Source of the DNA: Antedon mediterranea
Taxonomy: Eukaryota; Animalia; Echinodermata
Assembly (NCBI RefSeq): GCF_964355755.1
Contig: NC_092680.1
Location: 2,976,001-3,040,000, forward strand
Direction of reading: 5' to 3'
Length of the DNA: 64,000 nt
Numbering within the stretch: the stretch's first letter is position 1; the number at the start of each line of letters is the position of its first letter. Position numbers and translations under genes: made by a program. Below are positions 53,301-61,286 of the stretch, piece by piece. The notes beneath the pieces were generated by a model that had not been told where the DNA came from, did no database searches, and was given only the letters and a program-made list of their open reading frames with translations.

Positions 53301-56300
53301 GACAGAAGTTTTGGTTGGTGAAGGGTCGGAGGAGCGTGAGACGGGAACTGTCACAGTGTATCGTGTGTAAGAGGATGAAAGCTCGGCCAACTGATCAAAT
53401 TATGGGTCTACTACCGAAGTCAAGGATGCAGATTGGCGAACCGCCATTCTCCAGGGTGGGTGTGGACTATTTTGGACCACTCGTCATTAAGCGTGGACGC
53501 ACAGAACATAAACGCTACGGTTGCGTGTTTACTTGCATGACGACACGAGCTGTCCATATAGAAGTCGCCCATTCTATGACGACGGATTCATTTATAAATG
53601 TATTGCAGAGGTTTATCGCTCGACGAGGAGTACCTCAAGAGATGGTCTCCGATAATGGCACGAACTTCGTTGGGGCCAAGCAAGAGCTCAGACGGGCCAT
53701 GACCGAATGGAATCGTCAACATATCGACAACTTTATGTTGCAGAAGGAAATCAGCTGGTCATTCAACCCACCGAAGGCGTCTCACATGGGCGGAGTCTGG
53801 GAAAGACAAATTCGCACTATAAGAACCATTATGTATAGTCTTGTGCGCCAACAGACACTTGATGATGAGAGTCTCACTACTCTGATGTGTGTCATCGAGA
53901 ACATCGTTAACAGCAGGCCTATTACGAAACTGTCCGACGATCCAAGTGATGATCAACCATTGACTCCTAACCATTTACTCCTGCTGAGGAGTGGACCATC
54001 CTTGCCTCCTGGACACTTTGCAGAGCAAGACATCTACAGGAGACGGTGGCGACAAGTCCAGTATCTCGCTGATATATTTTGGAGAAGGTGGGTGAAGGAA
54101 TACCTTCCATTGCTACAACATCGGCAAAAATGGGGTATGGAGAAAAGAGATCTTAAAATTGGTGATCTCGTCCTTATTACCGATAACTCTACTCCGCGCT
54201 ATCAATGGCCACTGGGGTTGGTGGTGGATGTGAATGTAGGTAGTGACGGACATGTAAGATCTGTACATATTAGAACTAAGGGTGGTGTCTATGAGAGACC
54301 TATAACCAAGTTATGTATGCTCGAAAGAGCTAATTAAGACCCTATAGTCGTGTTTACTATGTACATATGTATTTAGTTTTTATAATATTTCATTTACCTT
54401 TTTATTAAGTGATTGTTAAACCCGTTTGGTTTAAAGGGGGGAGTGTAAAGTATTGAAATATAATAGAACGCCCTCTATAATTTTGTGGATGTTGCTCCTA
54501 GGTCTAATATATAGGGGTGTGACCAAATTCCAGGAGAGATGAATTTTGGGTTTGAACAGCGACACATCTCCAACTCGACACTTTTCTAATTTTTTGTTGT
54601 GACAAATTGTTTATTTGGAACTTGTTTGTAACTTTTACAACTTGTTTATAACTTTGAAAGCTTGGTTAATTGTATGAAACATTTATGTGTAATTTGGCAA
54701 CATTTGTGATTTCGACAACCTTGTTACTTTTTATATCTGTTTTGAACTGGGAGTAGTTCAAGTGCATCTGTTTACTGTGATTGGTATATTTGAGGCGTCA
54801 AAGTCAGAACAGAACGGAAGATCGGTCTATTGTAAATAAATTGTAGATATTGTATTTGCTGGATCAGTGTCTTTTGTTATCTGCGTCGATTGACCACACA
54901 CGCCACCAAGCGAACTCGCGTAGTACGCTACAATAATAAAAGGCAATTTCAAAATTGTGACATTTCAAAATGTTATGCTTGGGTTGGTGAATTCTTCCAA
55001 AAACCTACAGTACATTGGTTTTTGTCTTAATTGTCATTTGGTGAATATTGAGAACTAACAGTACTTCAATATAGTAGATGGTCTAACATTTTTCACTAAC
55101 AACTTTTAAATCAACATAGCAAATTTACTTTACAATTTATATATGAAACATTATCTAAATCCAATATTTAGGTAATTTCCAGCAGGCGCCACATAATACT
55201 GCAATCTATACAGCTTCACTTACAAAGGAAATCAGTATTATTATTGGAGGTGGAGAAATTTCCAGCAATTATACTTTAATTGATAATAGAAGAGAATTGA
55301 TAGACTGTCTGTCATTTCCCAGTGTCATTAAATTGAGTACTTTGTAATTATATAACTATACAATATTGATATTACAGCCGCCTGATGGAATCTTAAATAC
55401 AGAAGTATACAATTCTTTGTGTCGTGTGAAAGTATAATGATAAAATTTGACATACAGCAGCGTACATTAAAGCAGCTAGTGTACCTTAATGGTAAAAAAA
55501 GATTCTACAAAATTATGAAATTGTTAATTGTTATTTGCATGCTAATTAATATACAACAAGATTAATTCCCATGCTGTATGTGTTTATTATGTTTACGTCA
55601 CATAAAGCTCTGTCTACACTATCAAACTAGTTTAACTTAGAGATACTATCGCCAGTGTTCAGAAGAGGAGTTTACCAAGCTAATAAATATGCAAGTACAG
55701 CACCTGATCCTGTGCCAGACCTTGCAAGGTAACCTGATTTAAACTCTGTCTACACTATCAAACTAGTTTGCCTTAGAGATCTTAAGCTACTATCGCCAGT
55801 GTTCAGAAGAGGAGTAATAGTAATACCAAGCTAATAAATATGCAAGTACAGCACCTGATCCTGTGCCAGATCTTGCAAGGTAACCTGATTTAAACTCTGT
55901 CTACACTATTAAACTAGTGTGATGTGTCCAAATATGCTTGTGATATGCTTAAATATGGTAGTGATATGACATCATCATGTCCATATATGGGCACATCACA
56001 TTTGTTTGTCACATAAAGTTTGATAGTGTAGACAGAGCTTAAGTGATGAAAACATACAAGCACCCATACAATTCTTTTTAGTTTATTTTTCTTAGGAACT
56101 AATATCACATATTTTATTAATTTAATTGAACATTTCAGAATACTTGTTTTTGTGATCAGTGAATGCTTTCTAATTATGATGTCACAAATAAGGCATCAAA
56201 TTACAGTACGTTACCATAGAAACTTGATAACAGAAATGATTAAAACTAGCTGTAATGAGCACTTTGTGTTTGTTGGCTATATAGTGTAGAAACACATTCG

Positions 56301-59300
56301 ATTATAATTTTTTTTACAAAATATTTTCATTTTCATTTTGTTGTGGCAGCTATCAGTATCACTCAGCATTATGGATTTCAGTATACATCTAAAATGTTTT
56401 AATCTATTGGTAATTTGGCCATGCACCTTTTGTGTTGTCTTTTTGCAGCTTTCTATAGATAAAAAAAAAATATACATAATTGCCTGCTATTAGTCTATGA
56501 CAATAATTTATTTCCTCACCTGAAGGAGGGATATAACCTTCCATAGAGTCAGTATGCACAAGTGTGTGATGGTGGTGATGGGAGTGATGGTTAAATGACG
56601 GTGCCATCAGATACTGTCTGGAACTACTCGGACCAATTGTAGTAGATTGACCTGAAATTAAAAACAAATTAATTATATTCTGATACTATCTTTTTGTCTT
56701 GTTGGCCTTTTGTTCATTCACAATTACAATAATTATAAGTGGGTAATAATATACATTAGTAATTTTATATTGTCTTGTATCTGTCAAATTTACCAAGCTG
56801 TTCTGTCACAGGGGGTTAGTGATAAGGGTGTTTTCACTGAAGAAAATCCTAAAATTTATTTAGAAATCATAGATATTTATGAATCGATCTCAATGGAGAG
56901 ACAGCGTAAAATTGGTTGAGATTCAGACTGTACTATTTTGTACAGTTTTTGGAAATACACAACTGTACTTTTGCCTCATCATTCAGATAGAGCAGTTTGT
57001 ACAATGCATGATAAATTAAGACGGTAGGGGATTGCTGTACAGATCAATATATGCACTGTAATAACAAGAATTTTTTTTTAGCAACCACACCGCTCATCTC
57101 ACGATAACTACCATCTACATGCATCTCAATATTTATCAGCAAATGTTCTCATTATAAATTCATAGACTCTTTTTTTTAGCAGACGTGCTTTTGGGTGTGG
57201 TGCGTATACCCAGAGAGTCTGACTTTCCATCTATTTTTTCAGTCGTGAGTTTTAAATTACTGTATAAGCTACTGCATGGTACAGTAACTGTTTCCTAATG
57301 CCTCCGTGCTCTTGAATAAAGGGCCTTTCACACCTGCTCCGGCACGCCTCTGGTCCGGCGACGGCAAATCCAATCGAACGTCAATGTTTCGTTTTTACGC
57401 GGCTACGCGCATATCGATTGGTGCTTGGCCGCGTGGAGCGCCGTGAAAACGAAACATTGGCGTTCGATTCGCCGGACTGGAACCGTGCCGGAACAGGTGT
57501 GAAACACCCTTAAAACTGTCTAAAGGAGCGGCGCGAAAATACTGTAGATTAATGTTAAGTTCGTAGTTTACTATATAAATAATTGAACAAGAAATGAATT
57601 AACATTGAATTTAAATATAAATAAATATATTTGCCACAAATAGGTCATAATACAAAACCTTAAGGCTGTTTGTATTAGGTTTTTCAAACATAATATTGTA
57701 AGCTTCATGCAGCTACTTAATCATGCCTTTGATAGTGTGTATGTTTATGCACTGATTTAAGCTCACATTTGTTTGCACTCTCCATGGCGACATCCCTGCA
57801 GCAAGTGGGCTTTATTTGTATGGAAACATTATGGCAGTATTGTAATATGAACTAGCATTGAATTAATTGCAAATAGTTGTATTGAGAAATATGTTAATGC
57901 TTCAATAACCATCTGTCACATCAATCTTAAGATTTTACATACGTTAGCATTTTTTTTCTTAATTAATGTACATTACTATAATAATAGGTGATTGACATTG
58001 ATTCATGCTAACATTCTGATTTACTGACACCAATTCTTTAAAGCTTTGTTTACACTATCAAACTTTATGTGACAAAAAAATATGATGTGCCCATAAATGG
58101 ACATGTCATATCACTACCATATTTGGGCATATCACTACCATTTTTGGCACATCACACTTTTTTGTCAAACGCTTGGTATAATTAATATAAAACCATTTTT
58201 TTTTTTTTTTTGTAAACAAAGGCAGCTAAAAAATCGGGCATTTTTTGGCATTTTCGCTTTTGAGTATCATAATAACATTTATCATTTATATTATTTTTTG
58301 AAATTGATAACTTGCTTATTCCTGTATCTTTAACTCACCTGGAACATTTTACCAATGATTTTAAATTTAAAAAAAAATTAAAAATAAATAATTTAAACAT
58401 CAGCTATTATTTTGAGCAACAATTTATATTCATTTGTTTTGTTTTTAAATCCTACAGAAACCCGTCAACTTTTTGTTTTCACAATGCGCAAATTAGTCAG
58501 TGTCAAGCTAAACAATCTACACAGAATCATACACCCTGTGACTGACGTAAAAATACTACTGAAATTTTCTATTCAAGTTGAGAATTCTGCATATTTGGAA
58601 TACGAAACAAAATCAAGAACATTAAATGTATTTGTGCATATCTAGAGATATCATTTGTATGATTTATGATTAATATACGATGAATCAACTAAACATTAAA
58701 GTATGTAATTTATGTCTGCAGTTTGCTTTTGAATATTGTCATATTATTTTTACCGCATAATTATCTACAGACAGATTTAAGACATTTTAAGAATTTTCTG
58801 TCATTAAAGTTTGGTAATACACGCTCAAAAATCATTCTTTCAACTTTTAAATAAAATATTTCCAATACAACATTCATTAATGTATACTATTTTATAACTG
58901 TTAATTTCCCATGGAAAATGCAATATTACCAGAGTTTTGTCAATTGAAACAAATTATTTAAAGATCGATCAACTATTAATTTTACTTTTTGAAAATGTTC
59001 ACCATCATCATACTCCATCATGTTTTTAACTTTAAAATTGTATTGTCCGCGAAAAACATGAAAAATGAAGATTTATTTATTAAATCAGACTTTGAACATG
59101 TTATTTTATAGTTTTAATCAAGTTGATCACTTCCGTACAACTAATTGTTAATATTAAATTGGAATATTCAACCCAAATTTTGTTAAAAAACAATACATCT
59201 TTAAACATAGATCTCTAGTAGTAAGAGATCTTGTAATACAGGTAGTACATTGTACTTTGTGTAGTCAACTGAAGACGTATGGTGATAATTGAGAATTTTC

Positions 59301-59984
59301 AGTTGCAGCACAGTGAACCAAACTGTGAAACAGCCTTCCCAATTATTATGAGTAACATTCCTTTCATCAAAGTTTTCAAAACCTTTTTGAAACACATCTT
59401 TTTAGTGGTAATTCATTTTTAGTTGTTTGTAATTTAATCTGACAATACTTCTTTCGTTTCGAACGCATTTTTTATTTTTAAGTGCTCTGCTTATTGTTAA
59501 AAAGTTAATAAATATGGCAACATTAACCTTAATAAATATAAAGCTAGTAGGTACTGTAAAAAAACTAAACAAATTTTTGCGTAAATCTCGGTTTAACACC
59601 TTCAGTATAAGTTCTTTCTTTGATGTATCATAAACACATGGATTTCATTCACCTTATCACATTGTTTCAAACAACCCCAACACTCAACACTTTTAAACGA
59701 ACATATGACGCGCACATAAAAACTAAGCATCATTTAAGGTAAGCAAATAAAAAACCAATACCTGTTACAACCATCTGATTTCCTGAACTATTTGTGCCAT
59801 TATTGCCACCACCAGAATGGAAAAACTGAGGTCTATTGCCAACAGTTGGATAAGGAGACGATGGCGAGTTGGTATTTAAGAAACCGCTGGTGCTTCTGTA
59901 TGGTTGGTACGGGCTCTGAACCCGCCTGTTCAAAGGGAGCGGAGGAAGTCTACGGGTCCCAACTTGACGTGCCGGGCTCGACAT
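18881..59984 (-). CDS. PDE10A: cAMP/cGMP phosphodiesterase 10A-like (GAF-A, GAF-B, PDEase I). Coding exons 5'->3': 59762-59984, 56520-56651, 48033-48209, 45640-45674, 43333-43494, 42737-42768, 41632-41740, 40530-40623, 37587-37645, 37041-37091, [optional 34733-34762], 31376-31434, 30576-30627, 29230-29372, 28309-28470, 27598-27852, 27026-27112, 24429-24582, 23476-23631, 22654-22826, {21109-21220 or 20209-20320}, 19588-19668, 19283-19371, 18881-19094
   Basis: All exons have GT-AG ends and compatible phases. [18 protein letters not shown]...LEKW matches the PDE10 N-terminus. GAF motifs: [31 protein letters not shown]...F...DE. Catalytic motifs: [39 protein letters not shown], and the invariant Gln in ELPANQ. 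Linkage of the two most 5' exons is by phase only. Confidence 0.92.
20209..20320 (-). CDS. PDE10A: PDE catalytic-domain mutually exclusive exon B ([38 protein letters not shown])
   Basis: 112 nt, TAG acceptor, CAG|GTTTTT donor, same phases as exon A; retains the metal-binding ACDL Asp and EFYQQ. Confidence 0.85.
21109..21220 (-). CDS. PDE10A: PDE catalytic-domain mutually exclusive exon A ([38 protein letters not shown])
   Basis: 112 nt, TAG acceptor, GTGGGT donor, phase 2->0, open and homologous to exon B. Confidence 0.9.
21339..21495 (+). mobile_element. MITE family A (PIF/Harbinger-type, TIR AGCTCTGTCTACACTATCAAACT, TAA/TTA TSD)
   Basis: Both TIRs present, TAA on both sides, internal 21-bp unit like cccaaatatggtagtgatatg. 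Confidence 0.88.
21537..22388 (+). mobile_element. 5'-truncated L2/Crack-group LINE (end of ORF2 plus 3' UTR)
   Basis: ORF 21632-22087 [13 protein letters not shown]...[10 protein letters not shown]...GVELWSDIP...FKIKYK is the post-RT C-terminus of CR1/L2-group LINEs; 3' hairpin ggggg...ccccc, AATAAA and (AAAC)n tail. Confidence 0.85.
22980..23124 (+). mobile_element. MITE family A copy
   Basis: ctctgtctacact ... agtttgatagtgtagacagagct, with internal 21-bp units. Confidence 0.85.
24123..24155 (+). ncRNA. Degenerate minimal hammerhead ribozyme motif (Penelope-type)
   Basis: CTGATGA-c-GAGAAT-agt-ATTCTC-aAAA-CATG-TC: core box, 6-bp stem II and palindromic helix-III loop, but the G of GAAA is replaced by A. 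Confidence 0.5.
24743..24815 (+). mobile_element. tRNA-derived SINE head or tRNA pseudogene
   Basis: Degenerate A box tgtctaatg and B box in stem-loop tgcagGTTCGAATCctgca; no complete cloverleaf. Confidence 0.5.
25032..25152 (+). mobile_element. MITE family A copy, internally deleted
   Basis: agctctgtc joined directly to the 21-bp units; full right TIR followed by TAA. Confidence 0.8.
26632..26910 (+). mobile_element. tRNA-derived SINE with CORE-like central domain
   Basis: B box ggttcgaattc, then tgtatcctttaggcaaacactttac...ttgcctctctccacccaggtgtata...ggtacc, and a tat/att-rich tail. Confidence 0.6.
27128..27402. repeat. Tandem duplication (~140-bp unit x2) in a PDE intron
   Basis: tacataacaacagtaaatat...gctgtctctgggataaaagaaaacatgacatccgatata...ggagcatata occurs twice. 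Confidence 0.85.
27435..27584 (-). mobile_element. MITE family A copy, 13 bp from the 5' splice site of PDE exon 27598-27852
   Basis: Both TIRs present; carries a diagnostic deletion next to one TIR (cacatcacagtagtttgat). Confidence 0.9.
28089..28288 (-). mobile_element. Chimeric MITE: family B central palindrome fused to a family A body
   Basis: ttgaccaatgacaagcga...ttattggtcaa...ttgcgttgc (cf. 3143-3210) runs into aaactttatgtgac...gtagacagagct. Confidence 0.75.
28498..28641 (+). mobile_element. MITE family A copy
   Basis: TIRs agctctatatacactatcaaact / agtttgatagtgtggacagagt. Confidence 0.85.
29705..29889. mobile_element. Degenerate pogo/Tigger-like MITE (CAGTAG...ACTG-TA ends); related copy near 34490-34702
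   Basis: cagtagaacccctattaagggg, repeated ggggacac motifs, end gtactgta; 34690 agaggttctactgta is the reverse complement of the same terminus. Confidence 0.5.
29985..30470 (+). mobile_element. 5'-truncated RTE-like LINE fragment
   Basis: [20 protein letters not shown]...[12 protein letters not shown]...GRIGK...[11 protein letters not shown] (with a frameshift) resembles the RTE-clade ORF C-terminus; AATAAA then (TA)n. Confidence 0.7.
31028..31187 (-). mobile_element. MITE family A copy
   Basis: Both TIRs, two 21-bp units. Confidence 0.88.
33405..33572 (+). mobile_element. Penelope-like element terminal fragment beginning with a minimal hammerhead ribozyme
   Basis: tgca-CTGATGA-a-GGGC-tagtgtt-GCCC-GAAA-GC-TC; the ~160-bp segment is repeated at 34964-35121. 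Confidence 0.65.
34733..34762 (-). CDS. Candidate 30-nt in-frame cassette microexon of the PDE ([10 protein letters not shown])
   Basis: TAG acceptor with upstream CTAAT and T-tract, perfect AG|GTAAGT donor, phase 0-0 matching the flanking exons. Confidence 0.5.
34964..35121 (+). mobile_element. Second, more decayed copy of the Penelope-like/hammerhead fragment
   Basis: tgatgaagggctagtgttgtccgaaaactctgc...atccagccactgatacccacagca...gtaatttgcctttg. Confidence 0.65.
36106..36300 (-). mobile_element. MITE family A copy with 21-bp unit expanded to ~5-6 copies, one TIR missing
   Basis: (catcactaccatatttaggca)n array after the TIR. Confidence 0.85.
36743..36872 (+). mobile_element. MITE family A copy
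   Basis: TIRs and one internal unit. Confidence 0.85.
37717..37855 (+). mobile_element. MITE family A copy
   Basis: TIRs and one internal unit. Confidence 0.85.
39426..39605 (-). mobile_element. MITE family A copy (three 21-bp units)
   Basis: TIRs and TTA on the right flank. Confidence 0.88.
40931..41070 (-). mobile_element. MITE family A copy
   Basis: TIRs, TAA on both flanks. Confidence 0.85.
43560..43728 (-). mobile_element. MITE family A copy with five 21-bp units
   Basis: (gtcactaccatatttgggaat)n between a truncated and a full TIR; TAA flanks. Confidence 0.85.
43732..44039. mobile_element. Kolobok-like MITE (TTAA TSD); relatives at 59036-59200, ~35880-36020, ~41990-42165 and ~23-140
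   Basis: TTAA-agatatatcgtcccc...ggggacaaaacatgt-TTAA; shared internal motifs aaaaatgaagatt, tcagactttgaa, ttttggtcaaagtg. Confidence 0.7.
46610..47112. repeat. Diverged tandem duplication (~255-bp unit x2)
   Basis: cagaattttt...ttcagttgagat...attactcagaaaagcttcctaaataattgcataa...aaatggttcctatacat occurs twice. Confidence 0.8.
48385..48470 (-). mobile_element. tRNA(Gly)-like SINE head
   Basis: Minus strand gtagcttggtggtttaacatgcttgccTTCCAAtcccaagatgcaggGTTCAATcctg: A box, tRNA-Gly(TCC)-like anticodon arm and B box; acceptor stem imperfect. Confidence 0.5.
48540..49028 (+). repeat. 5' LTR
   Basis: Direct repeat of 54444-54932 with TG...CA ends. Confidence 0.97.
49052..54337 (+). CDS. BEL/Pao Gag-Pol polyprotein (1761 aa)
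   Basis: Gag [11 protein letters not shown], three Cys/His knuckles (incl. [14 protein letters not shown]), protease LLDSGS, RT FYVDD, RNase H HHFADAS, integrase HHCC plus VDYFGP/SDNGTNF/WERQIR; PR-RT-RH-IN order and motifs typical of BEL/Pao. Confidence 0.97.
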   Translation: MAEDRKTTLTLQRRNRKGLVTRSLNTLSALLKTEGVTIVDIDDQLERVDEAFKVVEKAHLALLDVIDDDDIFEQEEEWMAKVEKEYTDQRRSALAHSCELRKVDHGNGKVDAANNQQGTKAVGELKTSSSNLSMDSLVKAMSLPRPELQMYDGNPLRYWPFIRAFDVLMSEVSDDNFKLTTLLKYCRGRASDALQCCLMRPPTEGYKLAREILSERFGDKGTIVQTWVDKIVNRPKIDVAELRQFTDDLSSCRETLDAMGFLGELNNQRSLRSIIDKLPRYLQIRWVKEYQRIKLRGSPPTIAHVVDFVKSASKEANDPVFGSLVSGSAGNKPERQTTSNREPEKRRNKNFAIGSPSCQMCEGSHSLFGCLQFKEKNVEERLSFVKRNRLCFNCLKPGHNASRCLLNRTCSVAGCGQKHTKFLHIIKPKATQQQQQQQQAPASKAQPHQAEQTPAASVPQQPQTQPVGHADKMNTFISLPILPVTIRSPESGIEVDAYALLDSGSTSSFCTERLAKTLKVRGRPENLIINTIGDNESSVPSRIISLEVRGMGGGEPVALPLVYSTRKMTIRSSTSRALKLDEVNKWPHLNGVNLPRLDNSEVDLLIGLDVPDALQPLEIRAGGKGEPYATRTSLGWSLNGPVMGRNEKRSSTFACEIQNNVRLDQILERFWTTDCDVPALDDDDRMMSVNDKRVVKLWDQNVQFKDGHYHLPIPFKQRPPILPDNRHTAEVRLGHLRRKLVKDVSLKAKYAEVIKTLVEENHAEPVGNRNSTFPNWYLPHHAVPKKNGDVRVVFDCAAKHRGLSLNDVVMQGPDLVNSLMGVLLRFRRRQYAIMGDIKAMFHQVRVPPNEREVLRFLWWTDDEMTEVSTYRMCVHLFGGTWCPSASTYALRKAAQDNRAKVDVNITEIVNENFYVDDALISVSTEEEGVRVLKNLTALLSMGGFKLTKWIANSSEILRHVPVEDRATTVKELDLEGAILPSEKALGMKWNVEDDTFGFNVNHKDTPKTRRGVLSALSSVFDPHGFAAPFTLRGKLIVQQLVRRGVDWDESVPDDLLSRWQSWQNDLQNLQNLKIPRCLEDNVFGTVVARELHHFADASEIAYGVTTYLRTTNEDNCTRSALILAKSRLCPMKTVTIPRLELMAATLAVKIDKTLTREIGLKMGKSCFWTDSMIVLQYIKNEERRFKTFVSNRLATIHDGSNPEQWRHIEGIHNPADIVSRGLEARLLVNNKFWLEGPTFLRQDTDKTWPMQPDGYGDVSADDLEVKKSVNVCTNVQDNVVIQHYFDRYSSWVGLKRSVAWILRFKSYVVLKKRNDIQSLICDKLTVDETKQAERVIIQYTQSTRYKDITNIKGLGAFLADDGIIRIGGRIELQTTLTTDQRHQILLPCDNHVTNLVIRHYHLQTGHGGIERTLADIRQKFWLVKGRRSVRRELSQCIVCKRMKARPTDQIMGLLPKSRMQIGEPPFSRVGVDYFGPLVIKRGRTEHKRYGCVFTCMTTRAVHIEVAHSMTTDSFINVLQRFIARRGVPQEMVSDNGTNFVGAKQELRRAMTEWNRQHIDNFMLQKEISWSFNPPKASHMGGVWERQIRTIRTIMYSLVRQQTLDDESLTTLMCVIENIVNSRPITKLSDDPSDDQPLTPNHLLLLRSGPSLPPGHFAEQDIYRRRWRQVQYLADIFWRRWVKEYLPLLQHRQKWGMEKRDLKIGDLVLITDNSTPRYQWPLGLVVDVNVGSDGHVRSVHIRTKGGVYERPITKLCMLERAN
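54444..54932 (+). repeat. 3' LTR
   Basis: Direct repeat of 48540-49028. Confidence 0.97.
55606..56039 (+). mobile_element. Composite family A MITE carrying two tandem copies of a captured PDE exon fragment
   Basis: TAA-[TIR + exon fragment]x2-[MITE]-TAA; the fragments are the reverse complement of ~27585-27695. Confidence 0.92.
57320..57510. mobile_element. GC-rich fold-back MITE (Harbinger-type)
   Basis: agggcctttcacacctg...caggtgtgaaacaccct, long internal arms (aatcgaacgtcaatgtttcgtttt / aaaacgaaacattggcgttcgatt), TAA on both sides. Confidence 0.85.
58042..58170 (-). mobile_element. MITE family A copy, one end truncated
   Basis: One TIR plus 21-bp units. Confidence 0.8.
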
Positions 59985-61220
59985 GCTCACACTTTGTCTT
60001 GTTTACCCTTTCTTTCGTTTTTATTCCGATATAAGTATAAATAATATGTTTCCTTGAATCATCATGTAAAGCATGTCCTGAAAAGAAGAAGAATTTAAAT
60101 ATAATTAGTTGTGCAAAGTATTATCAGAACCAAAGCATGATGACCCTACTAATAATTCTTATATTATAATTAATGCAAGTAATATTATTTATTAATAACT
60201 TAACAGAATAAAATGTATAACAAATATAAAGAATAAACTGATTTAATAAGTAAATAAAGAGACAAAAAATTAAAAGGCAAATCAGGACTACAGAACAATA
60301 GCCAGCTAGCCACAAAAACTTTACGAGATGCCACGATCCCCTCGCAGTCACATGTTGCGCAAGAACATTCCTGCGCAAATTAAAATTGTGAAAGTTACTT
60401 GCGCAATAAAATCCTTGTGGCAATTTTAAAATGCGCAAGAAATTTCTTGCGCAATTTCAAACATAACATTTTACATAAGCCTAAATATTAAAATGTACCT
60501 AGGCCTCCTACCCCTAGTCTCTAGGTTATCCTACAGTATCTAGGCTTAAAAAAACATAGGCCTATTTTTATCTACCTACTAAAATAGTGGTGGTGTACAG
60601 CAACATGCAGTGATTTGTAATGCATGTGTATTGTTTGTATGTAGAGGCCTAACTAGCCGATAGCCTGCACATTTACTGTACATGTGGCCGTCGAGATAGC
60701 TCTCACTCACTCATCAGACGGAGATTAAACTAAACAATATTAATTTCATGTTTATTGTCAGCTAAATATTATAAATAAACTTACTTCAATTGTTTACACC
60801 ACCCCGATTTCAGCTTGGCTCTAGGCCTAGCATACCAACACGTTTTGTTTCACCGCACTCTCTCCTCCGTAACTAGCCTGTCTCCATCCACTTGTTTATT
60901 TATATCTGAAATGACAGATTGAATTTTGTATTAAGTGTGGAATAGTCCATTATTTCAAAGGGAATTGTACAGATCATCTAAGATCGATCCACAACAAATA
61001 AGAGAACAAAAATAATCATCAATCATCATAAAGGATGCAAAGAATTGGCTAATAAATGACCATAATGAAGAAAATGTGTGTTTGGACTTCAAATTAAAAA
61101 TACTTATTTGCTGCTGCTTGTAATAAATTTCACCTGCAAACAATGTGACTGACAACACAAATAAAACAAAAACCAATATACATTTAGGTCACAGTAAATT
61201 TTATTGTCTTGCCAGAGCGC

Positions 61221-61286
61221 GTATCGCTACGTCACTCTGGACGCGAGCGACCGACCCTGTATGCTACGTCACATTGTACGCGAGCA
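61221..61286. promoter_or_regulatory. CpG-rich candidate PDE promoter element with duplicated CRE-like sites
   Basis: GCTACGTCAC at 61226 and 61263, each followed by ACGCGAGC; lies upstream of a GTAAGT donor (60779-60784, minus) of a likely non-coding exon. Confidence 0.4.

Larger units (their letters stand above)
48540..54932 (+). mobile_element. Full-length BEL/Pao LTR retrotransposon, antisense in a PDE intron
   Basis: 489-bp LTRs 48540-49028 and 54444-54932 (TGT...ACA), 5-bp TSD ATAAT (48535-48539, 54933-54937), polypurine tract aaagggggggag just before the 3' LTR, single gag-pol ORF. Confidence 0.98.

Noticed and set aside
49042-53974. Antisense ORFs overlapping the retrotransposon (e.g. 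51925-52872, 315 aa)
   Set aside because: Shadow frames of the gag-pol ORF with no recognisable motifs.
55636-55892. Captured fragments as functional alternative PDE exons
   Set aside because: Wrong strand relative to the gene, no acceptor, and frameshifting indels.
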